DNA of 64,000 nucleotides from an uncultured Solirubrobacterales bacterium. Lineage in GTDB: Bacteria > Actinomycetota > Thermoleophilia > Solirubrobacterales > Solirubrobacteraceae. The notes beneath the pieces were generated by a model. It had not been told where the DNA came from. It saw only the letters and a program-made list of their open reading frames with translations, and made no database searches. Positions 11,577-26,568 of the stretch are shown here, in pieces. Position 1 is the stretch's first letter. Every line of letters starts with the position of its first letter. The stretch is taken from assembly GCA_963764655.1 (NCBI GenBank), contig CAVXTI010000001.1:1761477-1825476 (forward strand), written 5' to 3'. The translations under genes were made by a program, and so were the position numbers.

Positions 11577-12746
11577 ATGCAACTCGGCTACGAGAACAAG
11601 CTTTACATCCTCGCGTTCGACCACCGTGGCTCCTTCCAGAAGAAGTTCTTCGGGATCGAGGGTGACCCAGATCCCGAGCAGACGGCGATGATCGCCGACG
11701 CAAAGCACCTGATCTTCGAGGGGCTCCAGCGCGCCGTGGCCGCGGGAGCGGATGCCTCCGTCACGGGCGTGCTCGTCGACGAGCAGTTCGGCGGCTCGGT
11801 GCCCGAGGAAGCCCGCGCGCAGGGCCTGAAGCTCGCGATGCCCGCCGAGCGCTCCGGTCAGAACATGTTCGACTTCCAGTACGGCGACGAGTTCGGCGAG
11901 CACATCGAGAGCTTCGACCCTGACTTCACGAAGGTGCTCGTCCGCTACAACCCCGACGGCGACGCCGCGGAGAACCGGGAGCAGCTGGGGAAGCTGAAGC
12001 GCCTGTCGGACTGGCTGCACTCCAAGGACCGCAAGTTCCTGTTCGAGCTGCTTGTGCCCGCCGAGGAGGCCCAGCTTCAGGCAGTCGAAGGCAGCACCGA
12101 GCGCTATGACTCCGAGCTGCGCCCCGAGCTGATGCGGCGTGCGATCGCGGAGATACAGGACGCGGGGATCGAGGTCGACATCTGGAAGATCGAGGGCGTC
12201 GACGAGCGCTCCGATTGCGAGATGCTCGCCGCCCAGAGCCGCGGCGGTGGACGCGACGGCGTCGTGTGCGTCGTGCTCGGGCGCGGCGCCGACGACGACA
12301 AGGTCGATCACTGGCTCCAGCAGGCCGCCCCGGTGGACGGCTTCGTCGGCTTCGCGATCGGCCGCTCGATCTGGTGGAATCCGCTCAAGGAATATGTCGA
12401 CGGCAAGATCGAACGCTCAGCCGGGGCGCGCGAGATCGCCGAGAACTATATGCGCTTCGTAAAGGTCTACGAGCGCGCCGAGGGCAAGGCGCCGGTGGCT
12501 AAAGCCATGCGGATGAGGCAGAGTCTGACCGAGATCGAGCGGGCCTTCGCCCGCGAGATCTCGATGGAGCGCCACCGGCGTGCGTCGTTGCGGCGCACCG
12601 CCGAGCAGCGTGCGATCAAGCGCGAGGTGGAGAAGCGCCACAAACGCGGCTCGGTTCGCTTCGTGCTGCTCGTCTTGACCCTGATCCTGACCGCGGCGGT
12701 CGTCACGGTCGTGATGTTCAGGACGCTGTACCTGCTGCTCAGCTAG
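11577..12746 (+). CDS. DUF2090/IolC-like aldolase-fold protein, read in frame with a short C-terminal membrane protein (probably a separate gene from ~12507)
   Basis: LAFDHRGSF, KVLVRYNP, DIWKIEG, VLGRG, GFAIGRSIW; then MRMRQSL... plus TM helix. Confidence 0.8.
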   Translation: MQLGYENKLYILAFDHRGSFQKKFFGIEGDPDPEQTAMIADAKHLIFEGLQRAVAAGADASVTGVLVDEQFGGSVPEEARAQGLKLAMPAERSGQNMFDFQYGDEFGEHIESFDPDFTKVLVRYNPDGDAAENREQLGKLKRLSDWLHSKDRKFLFELLVPAEEAQLQAVEGSTERYDSELRPELMRRAIAEIQDAGIEVDIWKIEGVDERSDCEMLAAQSRGGGRDGVVCVVLGRGADDDKVDHWLQQAAPVDGFVGFAIGRSIWWNPLKEYVDGKIERSAGAREIAENYMRFVKVYERAEGKAPVAKAMRMRQSLTEIERAFAREISMERHRRASLRRTAEQRAIKREVEKRHKRGSVRFVLLVLTLILTAAVVTVVMFRTLYLLLS

Positions 12747-12830
12747 CGCTCCGGTCCTCGCCACCGCCCCTATGGAGCCAGTGAGCCCTCGATTCTCGGC
12801 TGAGCCGCCTGACACGGCCCGGAGGACGGC

Positions 12831-13076
12831 TCAGGAGGACTCGCCCAGCTTGCCGAGCGCGTCGTCCACGTCCGCGCGCGCAGCCTCGCTGGAGGAGTTG
12901 CTCTGCTCGTTCCCCTCCCGCTGGATCTCGACGTAGATCTCGGTTCGAAATACCGGGATGTCGTGTGGAGCGTGGATGCCGATCCGCACCTTCTCGCCCA
13001 CCACTGACAGCACCGAAACCTCGACGTCGTCGCCGATCATGATGCTCTGGTTTGGCTTGCGCGTCAGAACCAGCAT
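12831..13076 (-). CDS. csrA: Carbon storage regulator CsrA
   Basis: MLVLTRKPNQSIMIGDDVEVSVL...VRIGIHAP..IPVFRTEIY. Confidence 0.95.
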   Translation of the reverse strand: MLVLTRKPNQSIMIGDDVEVSVLSVVGEKVRIGIHAPHDIPVFRTEIYVEIQREGNEQSNSSSEAARADVDDALGKLGESS

Positions 13077-13278
13077 CGGTTGCACCCTTCTAGTTGGCCA
13101 TTGACAAAGGGCGAGATCGCCCCCGGCCCCGCCCTACGGCAAGCATAGTGTCCCGTCCCACCGAACGCGAGCCATGCTTCAACATAACGCGATTCGCGGC
13201 TCTGAATGTGCGCGGCGACGACGCTGGGAGGCTCACTCAGCGAGCTGGCGGAGCATGCGCTAGTCTCCCGGGCCGTTC

Positions 13279-13842
13279 ATGGCTCGTAGATCACTGCGCC
13301 CGCACCTAAACCAGATCCGTAGCTGGGTACGACAAGGTCGTACCGATGCTTGGGTGGCCCACCAGCTCGAGGTCACCGTGCAGGAGATCGAGCAGTTCAA
13401 GCGCCAGAACGAGCTTGCCGGCGACGAGGGTCCTTCCGACGGCGCCTCCACCGTCGCCGCCTACCCCGAGGAGATCGACCTGCGGGCCGAGGACGACGAG
13501 CTGATCGCCACCGAACTGGAGGCCGCGATGGTGGCCGAGCGCGAGAAAGCCGAAGCCGAAGCTGAGGCCGAGGCCGAGGCCGGGGCCGAGAGCAAGGAGG
13601 CGGCCGCTCCGTCCGCCCCTCGCCGCAGGCGCAGCCGTCGCGGGCGCAGATCCTCCTCACGCGACTCAGGGCCGCTCGAGGGCACGTTCGACCATGGCGA
13701 AGAGGGCTATGGCCTGTGGCTTGACCCGGCGATCCAGGACAACCCGATCTACGCGGAGCACTGGGCCGGCCACCGACCGGTCGAGGTCACGGTCGAGGAG
13801 GATCAGATCGTGATCCGCCGCGTGGGCGAGGAGGAGCGCTGA
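13279..13842 (+). CDS. Hypothetical protein: HTH-like N-terminus, acidic linker, AbrB/MazE-like C-terminus
   Basis: WVRQGRTDAWVAHQLEVT; GYGLWLDP...PVEVTVEEDQIVIRRV. Confidence 0.7.
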   Translation: MARRSLRPHLNQIRSWVRQGRTDAWVAHQLEVTVQEIEQFKRQNELAGDEGPSDGASTVAAYPEEIDLRAEDDELIATELEAAMVAEREKAEAEAEAEAEAGAESKEAAAPSAPRRRRSRRGRRSSSRDSGPLEGTFDHGEEGYGLWLDPAIQDNPIYAEHWAGHRPVEVTVEEDQIVIRRVGEEER

Positions 13843-13989
13843 GCGGCGCTGGCGGGACCTTCCTTCGATCTGCGTCCTCGGCCGCTCGCGCGCTGAGACG
13901 CGACGCAGGGTAAGTGGGAGTCTCAATCAAAGTCTGGCTTGCTCAGCACACCTCTTCATGGGCTTGGGCAACACCAAACCCTGATTCGC

Positions 13990-14319
13990 TCACCCCTCCG
14001 CGGGGATCAGCCGGCCTCCGGCGAAGTCGACGGCCTCGCGCAGATAGCGGGCAAAGGCCGCGTCGATCACGATGCGCGAATCCCACGCCCACGGGTCGTC
14101 CGGGGCGATGTCCATCGCCAGCTGCAGGCACCACGAGGTGCCGCGCCCGTAGAGCTCGGCGAGCTCCTCGGCGGAGAAGCGACCGCCGAGCCGTTTGCGC
14201 AGCTCCACCACCAGCGTGTCGGTTATCCGCTGGAGCAGGCCCACCCGCTCGGCAGGAGCCTGCGAGAGGCGTCGCTCGCCCTGTCTCCACTGCTGGATCG
14301 CGTTATCGAAGCTCGACAC
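13990..14319 (-). CDS. Hypothetical protein
   Basis: 109 aa ORF directly downstream of the ftsB-like gene, same strand, typical codon usage. Confidence 0.7.
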   Translation of the reverse strand: MSSFDNAIQQWRQGERRLSQAPAERVGLLQRITDTLVVELRKRLGGRFSAEELAELYGRGTSWCLQLAMDIAPDDPWAWDSRIVIDAAFARYLREAVDFAGGRLIPAEG

Positions 14320-14373
14320 GAGGGCCGAGGCTAGCAGCGCCCACGTGCCGCTCGGCGAACGCCGTCGGCCGTG

Positions 14374-14909
14374 TCAGTTGGAGGGCAAGCCACTCACGAT
14401 GTAAGCCTGCTCGCCGCGGCGGATCATCCCCAGGCGCCGAGCCTCCGCCTGCACCATACCCGGGCTCGCCAGAGCGGTGTGCTGTTCGCGCAGAACGCGA
14501 TTCTGGCGTTCGAGCACACGCACCTGGGCGCTGTCGCGCTTGGACTCCCCCCATGCCGAGAACAGGCGCGCACCGGCGCTCAGATAGAGGCATGCGATCG
14601 CCACCATCACACCTAGCATCGCGACGCGCCCCAGCCGATCCCAGCGCACGCGCGGAACGGTATGGGCGAGAGATTGTGTGCGAGCCGAAGCAGGTCGGGC
14701 GCGGCCGGCAGCAGGTCGGGCGCTGCTCACGGCAGGCCGGGCGCTGCTCGCGGCAGATCGGGCGCTGCTCACGGCAGATCGGGCACGGCCCGCGGCAGGC
14801 CGAGCGCTGCTCGCGGCAGATCGGGCACGGCCCGCGGCGGGTCGAGAGCCGCGGAAGCAGACCGCTGAGAAAGGGGGGCGCGAGAGGCGGCTGCTGAGGC
14901 GCTGGGCAT
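14374..14909 (-). CDS. Septum formation initiator (FtsB/DivIC-like) with repeat-expanded N-terminus; probable frameshift near 14850
   Basis: VRWDRLGR, TM helix, coiled coil, EARRLGMIRRGEQAY; follows eno; ATG 14909 is in a different frame from the body. Confidence 0.75.
14690..14836. repeat. 7 x 21-bp coding tandem repeat
   Basis: Units GCAG(G/A)(T/C)CG(G/A)GC(GCTGCTC/ACGGCCC)(A/G)CG, encoding 7-aa AAGRARS/AASSARP units. Confidence 0.9.
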
Positions 14910-15113
14910 ACGATCGCATTCGCCTTTGCGCGCCGACTTCCTTCTATCGTGACCGCGTTGAAGCGAACGCACCGGGCGCGATCACGCTTTTCTACTCGGC
15001 TGTTCTCTCGATGACTGTGGCTGAGTGGCGCGCGAATGACGTCGCGCCCGGCTTCCTGAGCATACCGCGCTGTGGCTGACCTCAAACGGGCATTTGCGGC
15101 GCTCCGGGGGGCG

Positions 15114-16433
<1,320 letters not shown>

Positions 16434-16526
16434 CTATCCCGATCTGACTCATCAGCGGCTCACCCTTACTCGACCGATCCGCCCCATCTTCAGCCCGACC
16501 ACAGCGGGTCCTACTCGACCGCGGCT

Positions 16527-17751
16527 CTATTTCTTGGTCGTCGTGGTGGTGGGGGGCGTCGTGGTCGTCTGCGCCGGCGTGCTCGTCTGCGGCGCGGGCG
16601 TGCCGGTGCTCGGCAGCGAAGAGGTCTTGGGCGCCTTGTAGGACTTGCAGTCCTGCACCGAGTATCCGCTGCGGCATTCGGTGCGCGCGGTCCACTTCTT
16701 GCGGAAGTTCTTGACGAATTCACTGAGCGCCTTCTGTGACTTCTGCGCGGTGATCTGCTGCTGGATCGAGGACTGCACCTTGGAGAGCTGCTGCTGGTTG
16801 GCGGGCAGCGTCTTCTTGACTTCGTAGATGTAGTAACCGAACGGCGTCTTGATCGGGCCACCCAGCACGTTCAGCTGGGCTTTGAAGATGGCTTCGTCGA
16901 GCGTCTTCTCCTCCTGGCCTTTGACCACACCGGGAAGCGAGCCGCCGGCGGCCTTGCTGACCGGGTCGATCGAGGCGCTCTTGGCGACGCTCGCGAAGCT
17001 CTTGCCAGATTCGATTTCTTTCTTGGCCTTTTCGGCCTGAGCCTGAGTCTTGGTGAGGATGATCAGGATGTTGCGCCGTTCCGGCTGGCCGTACTGCGAC
17101 TTGTGCTGTTCGTAGTAAGCCGAGATTTCCTTCTGGGTCGGCTTCTTGCTCGCATCTTTGCTGATCTTCTGCTGAATCTTCTGAGAGAGCAGGTCGAGCT
17201 TCACGCGCAACAGCACGTCGGAGACCGTGTAGCCCGTGTTCGACAGGAACTTCTGGAAGTCGGCTTCCTTGGGGAACTGCTGGCTCTTGATCTGGCCGAA
17301 CTGCTTCTTCACTTCGTTGTCGGTGACTTTGACGCCCTGATCGGAAGCCTCGCCGATCACCCAGTCGGCGGAGATCAGGATAGCCGAGCACCTGCTGCTT
17401 GAGCGCCGTGTACTGCTGTTCGCACTGCGTCTTGAGCGTGGCTGCCGTCGGCTTGGGCTGGCCCTTGGCGGGCTTCGGGGCAGTCGCTTCGAGATGGGCG
17501 ATGCAGGCTTTGTAGGTGGGGGGGTCCGGCACGACCGCTTTGGGCGCCGTCTGACCGGCGGCGGCGGCGGATGCCGAGCTCGAGTTCGCCGCGACCGCCA
17601 GCCAGTGGTTGAACGTGGCGGTGGAGATCGGGTTGCCGTCGACGCTTACGACGGCGTTGCCGGGGATGCCCCCGCCACCGCACGCGCTGAGCGTCAGTGC
17701 TGTGACGAAAACGGCGCCGAGCGCCGCGATTTGACCCGATAGCTTGGACAC
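16527..17751 (-). CDS. PrsA/SurA-like parvulin peptidyl-prolyl isomerase lipoprotein (frameshift ~17380)
   Basis: Lipobox LSAC, SFASVAKSASID...GGSL, GPIKTPFGYYI; two frames join. Confidence 0.85.
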
Positions 17752-17932
17752 GACGCGGGCACTCTAGCGGAAACACCCCAAGGCGTGCTTAACGACTTCA
17801 TTAAGGCTTGCTAAGTCAGATCCGCGAGAACCCCATGAGCGCCGACGGGGCGGCGCTCGTCACCCGGAGAGGCGAGGCTGGCGCCCGATGGGTCGCCGCG
17901 GAGGCGGTGCGCCGCGGGCCAAGACCCGGAGC

Positions 17933-21360
<3,428 letters not shown>

Positions 21361-21363
21361 GAT

Positions 21364-21975
21364 CTAGGCCTCGCCGAGCAGCACGCGCTCGACCGCCTGG
21401 CAGGCACGGTCGATCAACTCGTCGACCTCGGCCGAGGGCTCGCGAAAGCGCCCCAGCACGTACGCCGAGACGATCTCTGGGTCGGTCGAGGCCGGGCGCC
21501 CGACGCCCACCCGCACGCGCATGAAGTCCGCGCTGCCGAGCTCGCGCTTGAGCGACTTCAGGCCGTTGTGACCGGCGAGCCCGCCGCCGAGCCGCGTGCG
21601 CACCTCGCCAAACGGCAGGTCGATCTCGTCGTGGACGACGAGCACCCGCTCGAGCGGGAGCTTGAAGGAGCCGCGGGCGGGGCCGACGGAGCGCCCGGCG
21701 TCGTTCATGTAGGTCTGCGGCCACAGCAGAGCAACGCGCTGGCTCCCGCGCGCGGGGGAGGCAGGCCTATTTTCGGACGCCGCACCGTCAGATGGCCCGG
21801 CAGACGTCACGCCCTCCAAGCTCGTCGGCACGCGCCCCTCGGCGATGCGCCCTCTGAAGCGGTCCTTCGCGCGCCCCAGCGACCAGCGCTCGCCGAGCCG
21901 GTCGGCGACCATGAAGCCGACGTTGTGACGAGTGTGGGAGTGCTCGCGGCCGGGATTGCCCAACCCGACGATCAA
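21364..21975 (-). CDS. pth: Peptidyl-tRNA hydrolase
   Basis: IVGLGNPG, TRHNVGF, PQTYMN, HDEID, GHNGLKS. Confidence 0.95.
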   Translation of the reverse strand: MIVGLGNPGREHSHTRHNVGFMVADRLGERWSLGRAKDRFRGRIAEGRVPTSLEGVTSAGPSDGAASENRPASPARGSQRVALLWPQTYMNDAGRSVGPARGSFKLPLERVLVVHDEIDLPFGEVRTRLGGGLAGHNGLKSLKRELGSADFMRVRVGVGRPASTDPEIVSAYVLGRFREPSAEVDELIDRACQAVERVLLGEA

Positions 21976-22016
21976 CCAGTCGGCCGGTGCGCCGCCACCG
22001 AAGGGGCGCAGCGGCT

Positions 22017-22685
22017 CTACTCCTCGGGGGAGGCAGAGCCGCCGTCGTCCGCGGGCGCCTCGCCGGCGCCGGCCTCGCCGACGAGCTCTGTCTCGGACTC
22101 GATCTCGGCCTCCTCCTCGGTCTGCAGGCGGGGCGCGGAGAGCGTCGCGACCGTGGCGGCAGGGTCGTCGAGCAGCGTGACGCCCTCGGGCGCCGCTATC
22201 GCCTCCAACGCAAGCGTATCCCCGATCTGCAGCTCGCCGAGCTCGTGCACGATCGACTCCGGGATGGCGGTCGGGAGCGCTTCGATGTTCAGCTCGCGTG
22301 TGAGCTGCTCGAGGATCCCGCCTTCCTTGACCCCGGGGGTGTCCTCGACGCCGGTCAGCTCGAGCGGCACGACCGCGTGGATCGGCTTGTCCAGTCGCAC
22401 CCGCAGCAGGTCCACATGGGTGGTCTCGCCCCGCACCGGATCGCGCTGGGCCTCCTTGAGCACGACGGGCGTGGGCTTGGAGCCGTCGATGCTGAGGTCC
22501 ACCACGGCGCCGGCGCCCGAGAGCGCCACGCGCAGCTCGCGCGCGTCGACGCTGAAGCTGACGGACTCCGACTCGCCGCCGTACAGCACCCCGGGGATGC
22601 GGCCGGTGCGGCGCAAGCGGCGCGCTGAGCGGGAGCCGTGGGGATCGCGGCTCGCGACGTCGAGCTTGGTGGTGGTGCTGGCCAT
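22017..22685 (-). CDS. rplY: 50S ribosomal protein L25/Ctc
   Basis: RRLRRTGRIPGVLYG, HVDL, GVKEGG, IPESI. Confidence 0.95.
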   Translation of the reverse strand: MASTTTKLDVASRDPHGSRSARRLRRTGRIPGVLYGGESESVSFSVDARELRVALSGAGAVVDLSIDGSKPTPVVLKEAQRDPVRGETTHVDLLRVRLDKPIHAVVPLELTGVEDTPGVKEGGILEQLTRELNIEALPTAIPESIVHELGELQIGDTLALEAIAAPEGVTLLDDPAATVATLSAPRLQTEEEAEIESETELVGEAGAGEAPADDGGSASPEE

Positions 22686-22701
22686 GAGAAGGCCGAGGAC
22701 T

Positions 22702-23244
22702 TTAGCAATCCCCTTCGTTCGGGATCGCCGCGCTGATCGAGACGAGGGTGACCGACACGCCGGTGATCGCGTTCCCGGTGCGCTTGACCTTCGCGCATTG
22801 GACGGTTGGCAGATGTCCGAGCACGGTCCACGCGACACGCGTGGGGGCGGTGGCGCCCGTGAGCGAATAGGCGGTGTGCGAGGTCAGCGAGAGGATCTTG
22901 ACCGGCCCGTGGCGGCGCAGGGCAGCGGTGTTGGCCTTGACGCTCGCGAGGCAGACGGGGCTCGTGCGGCAGCCCGAGAGCCGCGAGATCATCCCCTGCT
23001 CGTTGCCGGCGGCCTCGGCCCGCAGGAGGGCGAGCACGTCGTCGCGTTCGACGTTCTCCGTCGAGAGGAACCGCGCCAGCATCGCGCTGATCGCGAGGAA
23101 CAGCAGCACGCCAAGGGCGATCAGCGCGAGGTGGATCGGGCGCAGAGCGCCGAGCCGAGCTCGGAGAGGACGCGCGGCGCCGACCCGTGGTGGGAGCCCG
23201 GGCGAGGACGGGAGCCCTATCGGGGGTTGAGAGTCGGAAGTCAA
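22702..23244 (-). CDS. Hypothetical membrane-anchored protein
   Basis: One TM helix, Cys-containing extracytoplasmic part; sits between prs and rplY. Confidence 0.65.
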   Translation of the reverse strand: MTSDSQPPIGLPSSPGLPPRVGAARPLRARLGALRPIHLALIALGVLLFLAISAMLARFLSTENVERDDVLALLRAEAAGNEQGMISRLSGCRTSPVCLASVKANTAALRRHGPVKILSLTSHTAYSLTGATAPTRVAWTVLGHLPTVQCAKVKRTGNAITGVSVTLVSISAAIPNEGDC

Positions 23245-23260
23245 GTGGCCGCCCGGCGGC

Positions 23261-24289
23261 TCAGAACAGCTGATTCTCTCCGTCGAACACTTCGCTGACG
23301 GAGTCGTCGGTGAAGATGCGGCGGATCGAGTCTGTGAGCAGCTCGGCGCAGGGGAGCACGCGAATGTTCTTGGGCAGGCCCGGCCGCGCCGGAATCGTGT
23401 CGGTGACGACGATCTCCTTGAGCCCCGACGCGGCGAGATTCTCGAAGGCGTTGCCGGAGAAGACGGCGTGCGTGGCCGCGGCGTAGACGCTCTCGGCGCC
23501 GGCGTCGAGGACCGTGCGGGCGGCCGCCTTGAGCGTGCCGGCGGTGTCGATCATGTCGTCGACGATCACAGCGGTCTTGCCCTGCACGTCGCCGATCACG
23601 TAGCCGATCTCGGCGACCTGCTGGGCTGGGCGCTCCTTGTCGAGGATCGCCAGCTCCGCGCCGATCTTCGACGCGAACTTCTTGTTGAGCTTGACTCGGC
23701 CGGCGTCGGGCGCGACCACGACGAGATCGGACAGCCCGAGGTCGGCGAAGTACTGGGTCAGCATGAACAGCGCGGTCATATGGTCGACCGGCTTCTGGAA
23801 GAAGCCTTGTATCTGGCCCGCGTGCAGGTCCATCGTCAGCACCCTGTCGGAGCCGGCGGCCTCGATCATGCGCGCCACCAGGCGCGCCGAGATCGGCTCG
23901 CGCGGAGCGGACTTCTTGTCCTGGCGCGAGTACCCGAACCACGGCGTGACCGCGATCACGCGGTGGGCGGAGGCGCCAACGGCGGCGTCGATCATGAACA
24001 GCAGCTCCATCAGCGAGTCGTTCGCGGTGACGCCGGTGGCGGGGTTGCCGCACGTGGACTGCACGATGAACACGTCGGCGCCGCGGATCGACTCCTCGTA
24101 GCGGCAGTAGACCTCGCCGTTGGAGAAGGTGTTGAGCGTCACGGGGCCGATGTCGACGCTCAGCTTGTCCGCGATGTCGACCGCGAGCTGCGGGTTGGCG
24201 CGCCCCGAGAAGAGCATCAGCCGCTTGTTGTAGTCGATCGGCAGGCTCGTCGGGGACGGCTGCGTGCGCGTGTCGATCACGCTGCTCAT
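23261..24289 (-). CDS. prs: Ribose-phosphate pyrophosphokinase
   Basis: FSNGE, YSRQDKK, DLHAGQIQGFF, VDDMIDTAGT. Confidence 0.97.
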   Translation of the reverse strand: MSSVIDTRTQPSPTSLPIDYNKRLMLFSGRANPQLAVDIADKLSVDIGPVTLNTFSNGEVYCRYEESIRGADVFIVQSTCGNPATGVTANDSLMELLFMIDAAVGASAHRVIAVTPWFGYSRQDKKSAPREPISARLVARMIEAAGSDRVLTMDLHAGQIQGFFQKPVDHMTALFMLTQYFADLGLSDLVVVAPDAGRVKLNKKFASKIGAELAILDKERPAQQVAEIGYVIGDVQGKTAVIVDDMIDTAGTLKAAARTVLDAGAESVYAAATHAVFSGNAFENLAASGLKEIVVTDTIPARPGLPKNIRVLPCAELLTDSIRRIFTDDSVSEVFDGENQLF

Positions 24290-24329
24290 CTCATCCGGGA
24301 GTGTAGAGGGCGAGCCACGGGAGAGCTCG

Positions 24330-25660
24330 TCACGGTTCGTGCTCGCGGCTCTCGGCGTAGCCCTCGACGTTGCGCTGGCGCGCTCGCGCGACCGCAAGCG
24401 CCCCGGGCGGCACGTCGTCGGTGACGACCGAGCCGGCGGCGGTATAGGCGTCGTCGCCGACCGTCACCGGGGCCACGAACGAGGTGTCGACTCCGCCGCG
24501 CACGCGCTTGCCGATCGTGGTGCGGTGCTTGGTGCGCCCGTCGTAGTTGGCGGTGATCGTGCCTGCCCCAAGGTTCGAGCCCTCCCCGACGTCGGCGTCG
24601 CCGATGTAGGAGAGGTGCGGGATCTTCGTGCCCTCCCCCACGTCGGAGTTCTTGATCTCCACGAACGTGCCGGCCTTGGCGCCGTCACGCAGGACGGCGC
24701 CTGGGCGCAGGTAGGCGAACGGCCCAACGCTGACTCCGTCCTCGAGCACGGTCAGATCCACGAGGTAGGAGCAGCGCACGGTGCAGCCCGCTGCCGATCC
24801 GCGTGCTTCCCCGAGATCGTTGTGAACGGCTCGATCACGGTGTCCTGGCCGATCTCGACGTCGACGTCGATCTGCGCCGAGGAGGGGTCCACGATCGTGA
24901 CGCCGGCGAGCATGTGACGCTCGGCGATCGCCTGCTGCGCGAGCGCGCGCACGTGCGCGAGCGCGACGCGGTCGTTGACCCCGAGCATCAGCCGCTCGTC
25001 GTCGACGACGTGCGCGGCGACCAGCTCACCGTCCGCGCGCAGCAGGTCGAGCGCCTGCGGCAGGTACAGCTCGCCCTGAGCGTTGTCGGCGCTCAGGCGC
25101 GGCAGCGCCCCCAGCAGAGCCGAGCCGCTGAAGACGTATATCCCGGAGTTCACCTCGCGAATCTCGAGCTCCGCCTCGGTCGCGTCCCCCGGCTTCTTGG
25201 TCTCCACGACGCGAGCTACCCCCCCGCCCGCGTCGCGCACGACACGGCCGTAGCCGCTGGGCTCGTCGAGCACGGCGGTCGCCATCGTCGCCGCCGCCTT
25301 GCCGCTCGCATGCGCATGCACGAGCCCTTCGATCGCCTCTGCGCTGACAAGCGGGACGTCGCCGCTGAGCACTACTACCGGAGCATCCGGGTCGACAAAG
25401 TCGGCCGCGGCACGCACCGCCCCGCCGGTGCCGTCGGCCTGTGCCTGCACCGCCAGCTCGACCCCCTCCGGCAGCACGCCCGCCAGCGCGCGAGCCGATG
25501 AGTCGACCACGACGACGCGCCCGGCGTCAGCGGCGAGCGCGGCGCGCACGGGCCACAAGACCATCGGGATCCCGCACAGCTCGTGCAGCACCTTCGGCGT
25601 GCTCGAGCGCATGCGCGTGCCCTGGCCGGCGGCGAGGATCAGGACAGTGGGAGCGGTCAT
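24330..25660 (-). CDS. glmU: Bifunctional GlmU (frameshift ~24790)
   Basis: [43 protein letters not shown]. Confidence 0.95.
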
Positions 25661-25715
25661 CCCCATGACTCTAATGACGTCCGCCGGGCGGAGGGGGTTG
25701 GCGCTTGGCGCCAAA

Positions 25716-25786
25716 CTGGGGGGCAGGGATTCGAACCCCGATTCTCAGGACCAAAACCTGATGTCCTGCCGTTGGACGACCCCCCA
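25716..25786 (-). tRNA. tRNA-Gln(TTG)
   Basis: Reverse complement TGGGGGGTCGTCCAACGGCAGGACATCAGGTTTTGGTCCTGAGAATCGGGGTTCGAATCCCTGCCCCCCAG; upstream of glmU as in many actinobacteria. Confidence 0.95.
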
Positions 25787-25906
25787 AGGGGCTCTTACTC
25801 GGTGACGGACTTTACCGTTGCGCGGCGCAACCGCACAACCCAACCGCGACATCCCGTCGCGCGCTCCTGCAAGAATCCTTGCGGTTTTGTGGATCGGGGG
25901 TCTGCA

Positions 25907-26485
25907 ATGAGGCGCATTCTGCGCTCCGCGATCGCGACGCTGGTCCTACCGGGCCTGCTCAGCGGGTCGGGCGTCGGCGTGGCCAGCGCCGCGGCGGCGG
26001 CTCGCGCGCGGCGATCGTGCGGCGGCGCCTACCTGCAACCCACGCGCGCGAACTTGAAGCGTGTGACCGCGGCCACACGCTGCCTGATCGAGCGCGAACG
26101 CGAGACCTACCGTCTCGGCCTGCTGCACTCCAACGGCTCGCTGCAGCGGATCGCCACGAGCCAGGCCAGAGAAATGGTGATCGGCGACTACTTCGGCGAC
26201 AACAGCCTCTCCGGCTCGACTCCGATGCAGCGGATCGAGGTCTCGGCGTACGCGTCGCGCACGAAGAGCTTGCTGGCGGCGCAGAACATCGGCTGGGGCA
26301 CCGGCGGGCTCGCCACCCCGGCCGCGATGGTGCACGGCTGGATGCTCTCGCCCCCGCACCGGCGGATCATGCTCAGCGGCGGCTATCGCGACGTCGGCGT
26401 CGGCATCGCACCGGCCGCGCCGCCGCGCTTGACCGACGGGCTGCCGGGCGCCACCTACACGGTCGAGTTCGCGGTTCGCGGGTGA
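25907..26485 (+). CDS. Secreted CAP/SCP-domain protein
   Basis: Signal peptide; QNIGWG, WMLSPPHRRIML, DVGVG. Confidence 0.88.
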   Translation: MRRILRSAIATLVLPGLLSGSGVGVASAAAAARARRSCGGAYLQPTRANLKRVTAATRCLIERERETYRLGLLHSNGSLQRIATSQAREMVIGDYFGDNSLSGSTPMQRIEVSAYASRTKSLLAAQNIGWGTGGLATPAAMVHGWMLSPPHRRIMLSGGYRDVGVGIAPAAPPRLTDGLPGATYTVEFAVRG

Positions 26486-26568
26486 TCGACGCCGCGCGAG
26501 ATGAGCGTAGTCAGACGTGCGGGGTCCTTCGGAGGCGGCGCGAAGGAGACGAACGGGCGAAAGGCGCC

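Noticed and set aside
11577-12746. Aldolase-membrane protein fusion as a novel architecture
   Set aside because: Out-of-frame TAA (GTGGCTAAAGCCATG) immediately before an ATG suggests one lost base; needs polishing to settle
14690-14836. CRISPR array
   Set aside because: Contiguous 21-bp units without unique spacers, in a coding frame, no cas genes
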